Made by a program: the position numbers and the translations under genes. The notes beneath the pieces are model-generated. The model saw only the letters and a list, made by a program, of their open reading frames with translations, did no database searches and was not told the origin of the DNA. Positions 1 through 9,519 of a stretch of 10,902 nt of DNA are shown one piece after another. Source of the DNA: Octopus sinensis (Eukaryota); contig NW_021827155.1 of the NCBI RefSeq assembly GCF_006345805.1, positions 1 through 10,902 on the forward strand, read 5' to 3'. Every line of letters starts with the position of its first letter. Position 1 is the first letter of the stretch.

Positions 1-454
1 TTTAAAACTATTAGATTCACGTTCCACATCTTATGTATTCGCTACTGCGTTAAAAAAGTCTTGTGGTCATATAACATTGTATAGATTCGGTATAAGCGTC
101 CATGTTTTTAGTATTATCAATATGAAAACATGATTGGATAATTTTCCTCCATCTTGTAAGAATTCACTGTCTTTGGAACATGAGTACAGTAAAAAATTTT
201 TATAGAAATTTTCTTGAAATAAGCCGTATTTTGCCAGTGCCGTAGCATCCTTGCATAACAAGAAAACGTTGATGAATTCAGATAGCAAGAGCACAGATAA
301 CGATTCTAACTCTTTCAAAGATTGGGCCTATTCAATGAAAAGAGCTTGGAAATATCAGTTGTTTTTGTAGCCACTGTTTCACTTCATTATCCAAAACATC
401 ATTAATTAAACTACGAAGAAATTTGATATCAGGTTTCATGGACATAATTCTACT
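1..454 (-). pseudogene. Possible decayed coding segment (family not recognised)
   Basis: MSMKPDIKFLRSLINDVLDNEVKQWLQKQL in one frame, then YFQALFIE*AQSLKELESLSVLLLSEFINVFLLCKD... in another (ORF 67-318), after a ttaag| acceptor-like site at ~455. No homology recognised. Confidence 0.18.
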
Positions 455-1175
455 CTTAAATTATTACAAACATAGTAACTCATATACGGAGAATTTTAGT
501 ATATCTTACATCACCGAATACTAAATTTTAGACATAGCGAGGTATAAACACTCAAATTATCTTTGTTCAACTTTGAAAAGCTACTGATTTTCAAACGCCA
601 AAACAAAATATTAAAAAGATACAAAAATGAGCTCTTTTGTATAAGCGAAGGTACCGATTTTCAATCATAATTACTCAACAATAGGGTTAACATAAACTAC
701 AAATAAGATAAACGGCTCACTATTATAATAATTATCATTATTATTTATTTTGCTGTACTGAACTTGGCCGCAATGAACTCCTATTTCAGTTAAAGTAGAT
801 ATCTAGATTTGTATAGTTTTATATCTTCAGAAACAAAGACACAAACACATTCATAAACATATATACTAACCCGTTCAAATATATACGCTGACGTTTAGAT
901 GGATGCATTGCATGTAGCAAATGGCTTCAAACACTACACTAACACACAAACACGAAAATATACACGCGTTGACATTTAAGCATTCATGAGAAGACGGACA
1001 CATACATAGTAACACAAATATAAGAAGCAATGGTAATTTTATTCAAATCAAAATCGGTGGAAATTATTTATTTTCATCTGTATAATAAGGAAAGAAAATA
1101 AATAGCGGGATTGCAAGACACAAAATGACGGTGAAGCTAGTAATAACAATATATTGAACGATTAACCAAGTACGT

Positions 1176-1263
1176 TATATATATATATATATATATATAT
1201 ATGCGTGTCTCTGTGCGTATACATGTATATAAATATAAACATAGGTATACACATACATACACA

Positions 1264-1314
<51 letters not shown>
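1176..1314. repeat. (TA)n and (CA)n microsatellites
   Basis: Directly visible: (TA)n at ~1176-1202 and (CA)n at ~1255-1314. Confidence 0.97.
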
Positions 1315-1317
<3 letters not shown>

Positions 1318-1345
1318 TATTAGGGTGAAAAGTCATAAAATGAGC

Positions 1346-1398
1346 GACGATATATATTTATATATCAGAATGACGATATATGTTTATATATCAGAGAT
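1346..1398. repeat. 26-bp tandem duplication
   Basis: gacgatatatatttatatatcagaat followed by gacgatatatgtttatatatcagagat. Confidence 0.9.
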
Positions 1399-1674
1399 GA
1401 CAGAGGAATAACCCATTATATTATGAATTTCATTAGCATACAGTGACAGAGAAGGTTTGATGAAACTGTAAGGTGTTACTCAGGCACTCAGTTATGAGCT
1501 CGCCGCATTTCAGAGGGGAAACAGTCGTAAACTAATGAAGTTCAAACGATAATCGGTTATTCTTTTGTTATCATTTTTCTTCTTATTGATGTGTACCCGA
1601 GTAACTTTTCTTTTGGAAGCATACTTTAATTGAGTTCTATACCAGGCTATAAGTATTTATATACCTATGGGAAA

Positions 1675-1742
1675 CATATACACACACAAACACACACATA
1701 TATATACATACATAAATACATACTTATACCCAAATATACACG

Positions 1743-1774
<32 letters not shown>

Positions 1775-1906
1775 CTGAATTAAGCACATATATGTGAAAC
1801 AAGGTGGAAAACGAGTGCTCAAATACCATATTTATATATATATATATATGTGTGTGTATATATATATATGTATATATATATAGCTATATATATGTATGTA
1901 TATATG

Positions 1907-1960
<54 letters not shown>

Positions 1961-2300
1961 CACGCATACATACACACACACACATGTATTTGTATATATA
2001 TTGTACTTCACGATTTTTTTAGATTTCTTCTCTTTAATTTTCTTTAGATTCTTTAGTGCGTGCGTATGGATATGTATATTTATATATATATACATATAAA
2101 CACACACAGACATAAGTGTCTGTGCGTGTGTGTATATATATGTATATATATGTAGATATATATATTTATGCAAACATACATACATGCATAATACATACAT
2201 ACATACATACATACAACATACATATACATACATACATACAACATACATACATACATATACATACATACATACATACATACAACATCAATAAATACTACGT
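1675..2300. repeat. Compound (TA)/(CA)/(TG)/(CATA) microsatellite field
   Basis: Directly visible; interrupted (CATA)n at ~2170-2280. Confidence 0.95.
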
Positions 2301-2499
2301 ACGTACGCACATATATTCAATAGGTTATCTATGTGATTATTTGTTTCCGCATGCATACATATTTGTATGCATGCAGTTTGTAAATATGTACCTACATGAA
2401 GTTAGTAAAATGTATTCATTTTTATTTATAATTGTTAATTTTCAAAATAATTGTTAATTTGATTAGGAAATACTGATGTTCATGCATATATCACAGCTT

Positions 2500-2651
2500 G
2501 TATGTATATATGTGTATATATATATATAATCACAAATAATACATATATATATATATATATAATATATATATACATGAATAAACACATAAATACATACATA
2601 GATACACCACACACACACACAACACACATATATATATATATAATATATATA

Positions 2652-2700
<49 letters not shown>

Positions 2701-2892
2701 AATATACATATTCACACACAGGCATATATACAAACTTATGCACACAGATATACATATGTACACAGAAAAACATTCCATATTAGGGGTATGTGTGCTCGTG
2801 AGCGTCAGTGTATCTATATATGAGCACCAATACTTACGTATATGTGTGTATATAATATATCTAGATATATATATATATATCTATATATATAA

Positions 2893-2930
<38 letters not shown>

Positions 2931-3080
2931 TATATATATACATACATATACACATAATAATATATGAATATGTATATGTGTTTGTGTTCGTGTGTATAGA
3001 TAGATATATATAAGTAAGCACATACCTGATTACATACACACACATGCACACGAAAACAGACACACATTCTCACACATACA
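2500..3080. repeat. Interrupted (TA)n/(CA)n microsatellite field
   Basis: Long TA runs at ~2600-2697 and ~2860-2945. Confidence 0.95.
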
Positions 3081-3254
3081 TGTATAAACATGGATATATG
3101 ATTTTGTATTACATTTTGTGAAAACTTTTAACAAAAATATGATAAATGATTCAAATATATGAATTTTTAATTAAGATTTTGTTTTATTAAAACAAAAATA
3201 GAGATTCTGCAATTACTATTTTATTACCTCCTACTGTAAATATTGAATAGAGAA

Positions 3255-3450
3255 ATATATATATATATATATATATATATAATAATATATATATATATAT
3301 TATATATATATATATATACATTATAATATTATACATATATATATATATACATAGTATGTATGTTGTAGGTATGTACGTAGTATGTATGTGTGTATGTTTG
3401 TATGTATGTATGTATGTATGTGCGTGTGTCTGTCTGTTTGTCTGTGTGTT
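3255..3450. repeat. (TA)n followed by (TATG)n/(TCTG)n
   Basis: Directly visible. Confidence 0.93.
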
Positions 3451-3859
3451 TTTATGTACGTTTATACACACATTCATGTACGAATATACACTCCGATATT
3501 CGGAGTTTGCAATAAATACACAAGCACATACAAAAATACACACACACAAACACACATATACACATGCAAGAGAGATAGACACCAATTATATATATATCCG
3601 CTCCCAGTAACAATCACTACATCGATAGTGACTCATTCTTTACATACACATGAACACAATATATGATATATTTCCATATAATTGTATAGAACAGTTCCAA
3701 TATACCCAAAAGCGCACATGCACATAAACACACAAGCACCTACATTACAAGAATACGAAACATCTACACGTACATATGCGGACACACCACACATACACAA
3801 GCTACGCGCGAGTGCCACATATCTATCAAAAACCTACCGTATGTATTTTGATAATACAT

Positions 3860-4025
3860 ATTATATATATATATATTTATATATGTATGTATGTATATAT
3901 TATATGTATATATATATATATATATACATATATATACATATATATATGCATGTATGATATACATATACATGTATATATATACACATATAACAATATGTAT
4001 GTATACATATATGTATTTATATATG

Positions 4026-4076
<51 letters not shown>

Positions 4077-4200
4077 ATAGGTATGTAGTATCTGATGTAT
4101 ATATATATATACATATATACATAACTGCTTACATATTCACATACGCGCTCACTCACACGTGCATACATACAAGCATATAAATATATATATATATATATAC
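3860..4200. repeat. Interrupted (TA)n/(CATA) microsatellite field
   Basis: Directly visible. Confidence 0.95.
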
Positions 4201-4265
4201 AGAAAATTATTAATTGAATCATGCACTAGTCCGTTCACTGACATATACACATTTGTATTTTTCAG

Positions 4266-4305
4266 CTTTGCTGAACCATCCATGGAGAACTATTGTTCTG
4301 AAAAG
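4266..4305 (+). other. Candidate 40-nt exon (gene unknown)
   Basis: Branch-point-like CACTGAC about 24 nt upstream, acceptor tttgtatttttcag|, donor AAG|gtgaca. Two of three frames are open. Confidence 0.3.
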
Positions 4306-4554
4306 GTGACAAAAATTTGTCCACTATTGATACACAAATAGTAAATATATTAGACGGGAGGGTATTCTTACACCAGCACACTGTACCTATCAGATGCTTT
4401 TTTTGTTTTCCTTTTGTTTCAGTTTGCTTGTGTGTCACTGAATACCTCTCTTTTGTCTAACATATATTTCTTCTTCTCACACCTTTTATCATCGCACTTA
4501 TCATTTCTTATCGTTTATTAGCATTTGTTTGCAGTCGTTATACGCATATATTGT

Positions 4555-4849
4555 GTTTATGTGTTGATATATGTATGTGTGTGTGTGCGTTTGTTTATAT
4601 ATGTGCGTGCGTGTGTGTGAGTAAGCACACACACACACACACACACACACACAGCACAGCTCACGCATACATACACACACTCAGAGGCACACACAGACGT
4701 AAGCACGCACACACATATATATATTCATGTATGTGTGAGCGTATATGTATTTAATATATATTGTGCACTAATATATACTTATATATAATATATATATATT
4801 ATATATATATATATGTATACAAATATAACATATGTATATATATATGTAT

Positions 4850-4880
<31 letters not shown>

Positions 4881-4907
4881 ATATATATATATAATATATA
4901 TATATAC
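4555..4907. repeat. (TG)/(CA)n/(TA)n microsatellite field
   Basis: (CA)n at ~4625-4652 and interrupted (TA)n at ~4750-4906. Confidence 0.95.
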
Positions 4908-4910
4908 ACG

Positions 4911-5110
4911 TTTACTTGTTTCAGTCATTTGACTGCGGCCATACTGGAGCACCGCCTATAGTCGAGCAAATCGACGCCAGGTCTTATTCTTTGTAAGTCT
5001 AGTACTTATTTCATCGGGCTATTTTTGCCGAACCGGTAAGTTACGGGGACGTAAACACACCAACGTCGGTTGTAAAGCGATGGTGTGTGTGGGGAGAAAA
5101 ACACAGACAC
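4911..5110 (-). mobile_element. SINE family 'A' (Octopus-type retroposon), 3' portion, 5' head not visible
   Basis: Plus-strand text cttgtttcagtcatttgactgcggccatactggagcaccgcc...gtcgagcaaatcgac...agtacttatttcatcgg...gccgaaccggtaagttacggggacgtaaacacacc...acacagacac. It has a colinear, diverged paralog inside the window at 6565-6698, which directly shows it is an interspersed repeat. Family and orientation come from my recollection of a very abundant Octopus SINE and are not database-confirmed. Confidence 0.85.
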
Positions 5111-5115
5111 AAATA

Positions 5116-5242
5116 AATACACACACACACACACACACACACACAACACATACACACATATATATATATATATATATATACAGAAGAGACAGACAGACAG
5201 ACAAATAAACAGAAACAAACAGAGAGGCAAATAGATAGATAC

Positions 5243-5281
<39 letters not shown>

Positions 5282-5355
5282 CATACATACATACATACAT
5301 ACATACATACATACATACATACATACATACATACATAGGTAGATTGGTAGGTAGG

Positions 5356-5447
<92 letters not shown>

Positions 5448-5465
5448 GATAGATAGATAGATAGA
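5116..5465. repeat. Compound (CA)-(TA)-(GACA)-(GATA)-(CATA)-(TAGG)-(GATA) microsatellite
   Basis: Directly visible ordered blocks abutting SINE family A copy 1. Confidence 0.98.
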
Positions 5466-5809
5466 AACAAAGTAGACGCAAACTTGGTATGTTATTTGTG
5501 CAAAACAAACTAAATATGTATTTTCTACAGTGTATTTTATATAAGTAATTTTCTATTTAGAGAAAAATTTTACTATTGCGAAGTGTCTTGATGAAGTCAC
5601 CTTGTTTGACATACAATTTTGGAATAGCAGCCATGTTGAATAAACGATTTTTTGTTTGGTAAATGGAGATACCAACTTATACATGATTAGAATTTGACAA
5701 ACGGACAATTAGCGGCAGTGACACACATATGCCCCCCCATACACATTCTTAAAACTGAAAACAGGCATCCATAAAGGCACTCATGTCCACACATTCACAC
5801 ATATAACAT

Positions 5810-5887
5810 TTTACATACATATATGTATGTGTCTATGTATGTGTGTAAATATATGTATATATATAATATATTATAATATATTATATA

Positions 5888-5947
<60 letters not shown>

Positions 5948-5962
5948 TACATATATAACATA

Positions 5963-6030
<68 letters not shown>
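5810..6030. repeat. Interrupted (TA)n
   Basis: Directly visible. Confidence 0.97.
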
Positions 6031-6038
6031 CATACAGT

Positions 6039-6341
<303 letters not shown>

Positions 6342-6394
6342 TGAAACCTTCGTTGAAGACAATGCATAGAATATATATTTTTATGGGATAAAAT

Positions 6395-6426
<32 letters not shown>

Positions 6427-6475
6427 GTGTGTTATATATGTATATATATATATGTCTGTGTATATATATCATATA

Positions 6476-6508
<33 letters not shown>

Positions 6509-6555
6509 CAATATTATATATATGTATATATATGCTACATTACATATATATATTT
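6395..6555. repeat. Interrupted (TA)n
   Basis: Directly visible. Confidence 0.95.
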
Positions 6556-6564
6556 TTATTTTCG

Positions 6565-6698
6565 CTTGTTTCAATACTGGGTCACCGCCTTGGAACATTT
6601 GTGGTCCAATGAATCGACCCTAATCTTTTTTTCGTTTTTTCAAGCCTGGTACTTATTCCATCGGAGCTTTGGCGAATGGGGCACGTAAACACAGACAC
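6565..6698 (-). mobile_element. SINE family 'A', second, internally deleted 3' fragment
   Basis: Colinear blocks shared with 4915-5110: cttgtttca, atactgg..caccgcct, aatcgac, aagcctggtacttattccatcgg (vs aagtctagtacttatttcatcgg), tttggcgaa, ggggcacgtaaac, acagacac. Confidence 0.75.
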
Positions 6699-6773
6699 AT
6701 ACAAACACACAAACACATACACAGACACTCACATACACGCACACACATTACACACACATACATATATATATAT

Positions 6774-6860
<87 letters not shown>
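6699..6860. repeat. (CA)-rich then (TA)n tract abutting SINE family A copy 2
   Basis: Directly visible. Confidence 0.95.
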
Positions 6861-6861
<1 letters not shown>

Positions 6862-6944
6862 TAAATTATTAATTATATTAACGGGTCAGGAAAGAATCTT
6901 CTCCGACATGCTAACGGGATTTTCTCCTAAATTCTATTAAGATA

Positions 6945-6966
6945 AATAAAATAATAATAATAATAA

Positions 6967-7023
<57 letters not shown>
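6945..7023. repeat. (TAA)n trinucleotide repeat
   Basis: Directly visible. Confidence 0.98.
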
Positions 7024-7024
<1 letters not shown>

Positions 7025-7512
7025 TATGTATGTATGTATGTATTTATATGTATATATGCACGCCTACGCACACAAACATGCATATGCATTGATCCTCATA
7101 TATTACATTTATACCAGCCACCAGGAAGCTTTAATGTCATCTAAAATTCGTTGCCAAATATCTCAGCAGAGATTCTAACATTTTAATTCAAGGGAAGAGA
7201 CAATGTATAATATAGCCCATGTTAAGCTGTGACGACAAGAGAAACGTGTTGGTGACAAATGAAAAGTCTGATAATAGGTCTAATCAAACAAAATAAACTT
7301 GGAGCTAATCAACAATTAAAATACGCGCCTTTCCTTGGACATGCATACTCTCACATACACACATGCAACAAGACACATTTATATAGGTATATTGATTAAT
7401 TTACCTTTTTACTGCACCCTGTGTACATAGGCAATACTGTAATTTTTCTTTTAGCCAGACTTATACACAATCCAACTCCCTGTTACAACTGGTGTATCAT
7501 ATAGAAAGTACA

Positions 7513-7557
7513 ATACATACATACATACATACATACATACATACATACATACATACA

Positions 7558-7603
<46 letters not shown>

Positions 7604-7613
7604 TATTATATCT

Positions 7614-7666
<53 letters not shown>

Positions 7667-7679
7667 TATATTATATATA

Positions 7680-7717
<38 letters not shown>
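7513..7717. repeat. (CATA)n followed by interrupted (TA)n
   Basis: Directly visible. Confidence 0.98.
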
Positions 7718-7721
<4 letters not shown>

Positions 7722-7843
7722 GATGTTGAAACAGTCGAGAAAACACGTAATAAATGATCCACAAGCACTCAACACTCGAGCATACCGAGCCCTCAGCTTG
7801 TTCCAGGCCTAAAGAGATACATGCTTTTTTTTTTTTTTCTTAC

Positions 7844-8384
7844 TGAACCCTCATTTGTCATTCACGACGAGAGAACCCATAATATGATGATTCCCTCATC
7901 AGGAATGACAAATGCATGGAAAGCTGTTCGCTTCCATTTACGTGGACAGTTTCCATTAATCGAAGTTTTTTCAGTCCGCTATGTTCTATATATGTGTAAG
8001 TCTGTTGTCTGTCAATGAAGTAAACAATCCTTGTAATTGGAAGACAATAACTCCCCCCCGTGGTATTTAATATAGAAGAAAAAGTCAGTGAAGAAGGGAA
8101 TAACTGCAATAATGTCTGCTGATCTAAATCTTTAAAGGACTGAGACATTGCATTTAAGAGTTGATGTTGCCATTAAAGCCGATGGACATGCTTCGATCAT
8201 GTAGGATCTCCTCAGTGATGAATATTCATTTGTGTGTCTTAAGCGTAATCAATAATATGAAAGTCAGTACTTCACTGATACATATTTCATCTAATTCGGA
8301 GTAATTGGAAGCTTCCCAGAGGTTATTTTCTTCACCATTTACATATTCTCCAATCTGCTGCCCTAATATTAATAATAATTTCTT
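7844..8384 (-). pseudogene. Possible decayed coding island (family not recognised)
   Basis: Non-repetitive island with overlapping open segments in different minus-strand frames (8360-8226, 8230-8132, 8148-7858, 7978-7862), ending at a ca|gtaaga donor-like site. There is no homology evidence, and ORFs of this length can arise by chance. Confidence 0.2.
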
Positions 8385-8651
8385 TTAATCAAAATTGAAA
8401 ACAAATTCTCATGCATACGCATACCATGCATACATATTTGCAAAGTTCCCAAACATACGCGAATATACATATGGCTAATAAGTACACAGACATCCATGCA
8501 CATACGCACAAAAATCACATTCTCTTATACAGGCACTGCTTCGTCTTGCACCGCAAAGTGGATGAGTTTTGCTACTTATTTTCATTATTAAACTTTTCTT
8601 TTTGCACCTTAAATTTCTTCACACTGATGCCATTGCCTTGTCAATATTATT

Positions 8652-8716
8652 GTTATCATCGTCATCATCATCAGCAGCAGCAGCAGCATTATCATCATCA
8701 TCGTCGTTGTCATCAT
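8652..8716. repeat. (CAT)/(CAG)/(CGT) trinucleotide compound repeat
   Basis: atcatcgtcatcatcatcagcagcagcagcagcattatcatcatcatcgtcgttgtcatcat. Confidence 0.9.
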
Positions 8717-8719
8717 TTC

Positions 8720-8812
8720 AAGGAATCAGTAAAAGATCCTAGCTGCATTTCTTCCGACTCATTATCTTCCGAGTTCACTTCCTCTGGGTGTGTGCCTAAA
8801 TTAGAAGACATT
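8720..8812 (+). mobile_element. SINE family 'B', diverged internally deleted fragment (copy 1)
   Basis: atcctagctgcatttcttccgact matches atgcttagcagcatttcgtccgtct of copy 3 at 20/25 positions. It continues gagttcacttcct (B-box-like), then jumps to the tail tgtgcctaaattagaaga (cf. tgtgcctatagtagaaagg). Confidence 0.55.
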
Positions 8813-8816
8813 AACA

Positions 8817-8910
8817 TCGCTGAGCTGACAGAATCGTTAGTACCCCGGGCAAATTCCTTAGAGACATTTCGACTAGTCTCATTCCCTCAAATGTGCCTTT
8901 AGTACAAAGA
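8817..8910 (+). mobile_element. SINE family 'B', head plus tail with ~107-nt internal deletion (copy 2)
   Basis: The head tgagctgacagaatcgttagtaccccgggcaaattccttagagacatttcg is joined directly to the tail-like actagtctcattccctcaaatgtgcctttagtacaaaga (cf. 9046-9094). Confidence 0.7.
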
Positions 8911-9095
8911 CCCGAACAAAATGCTTAGCAGCATTTCGTCCGTCTTCACATTCTGCGTTCAAATTCCTCCCAAGTCGATTTTGCCTTTCATCCTTTCGGG
9001 GTCGATAAATTAAATACCAGTTACATACTGGAGTCAATCTAATCGACTGGCCCCTCCCCCAAAAATTTCAAGCCTTGTGCCTATAGTAGAAAGGA
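8911..9095 (+). mobile_element. SINE family 'B', best-preserved copy, slightly 5'-truncated (copy 3)
   Basis: Has a pol III B-box-like gttcaaattcc (8957-8967), a central ttgcctttcatcctttcggggtcgataaattaaatacc, and the tail cccctcccccaaaaatttcaagccttgtgcctatagtagaaagga followed by an (ACT)/(AAT) simple-repeat tail. Aligns to five other fragments in the cluster. Confidence 0.85.
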
Positions 9096-9097
9096 CT

Positions 9098-9150
9098 TCT
9101 ACAACAACTACTACTACTACTGCTGTTGCTGCTTCTACTACTACTACTAC

Positions 9151-9207
<57 letters not shown>

Positions 9208-9241
9208 TAACAACTACTACTACAACAACAGCAATAATAAT
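9098..9241. repeat. (ACT)/(GCT)/(AAT)/(AAC) trinucleotide tract, SINE tail-derived
   Basis: Directly visible, immediately 3' of SINE B copy 3. Confidence 0.97.
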
Positions 9242-9245
9242 ACAA

Positions 9246-9375
9246 AGGCGGCGAACCGGTAGAATCGCTAGCACGCCGGACGAAAGTTGTATATATCTCG
9301 CCAAAACTTTCTGAGTTAAATTCCGCCGAGGTCAACTTTACCATAAATCCTTTCGGAGTCAATATATTTAGTACC
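9246..9375 (+). mobile_element. SINE family 'B', head and body (copy 4), followed by a different 3' segment
   Basis: Head ggcggcgaaccggtagaatcgctagcacgccggacgaaa (A-box-like), then ctgagttaaattccgccgaggtcaactttaccataaatcctttcggagtcaatatatttagtacc, which aligns to 8953-9018. Confidence 0.8.
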
Positions 9376-9519
9376 TCCTAAGCTAAGGTGGGAAGATTTC
9401 GTCACAGTCTTCTATTTCGACAAAGAAAATACGCTGTCGTGGTTACTTTGACGTGTAGGTGTAGCTGAAGACCGAAAGGAGAATTAACAGGAGGTGGTGG
9501 TTTTGTTGCTGATAACTAC

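Noticed and set aside
3490-3506. 7-bp stem hairpin actccga-tat-tcggagt (and tcacta...tagtga near 3614-3631)
   Set aside because: These are short, isolated inverted repeats expected by chance, with no terminal-inverted-repeat or target-site structure.
5556-5660. Other acceptor/donor-bounded segments (5556+, 8533+, 10245+, minus strand ~10575-10518)
   Set aside because: Splice-like signals are common in AT-rich DNA. These have weak donors or early stops and yield no recognisable peptide.
7809-7843. 35-nt GT-AG 'intron' on the minus strand (gtaag-A14-gcatgtatctctttag)
   Set aside because: It is too short for a typical mollusc spliceosomal intron, and all upstream frames are closed just before it.
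8411-8902. 163-aa ORF with poly-His/poly-Gln stretch
   Set aside because: It is composed of CA-rich low-complexity DNA, a CAT/CAG microsatellite and read-through into SINE fragments. There is no domain-like content.
9246-9330. tRNA gene
   Set aside because: Only A-box- and B-box-like motifs of a tRNA-derived SINE head are present. There is no complete cloverleaf or acceptor stem.
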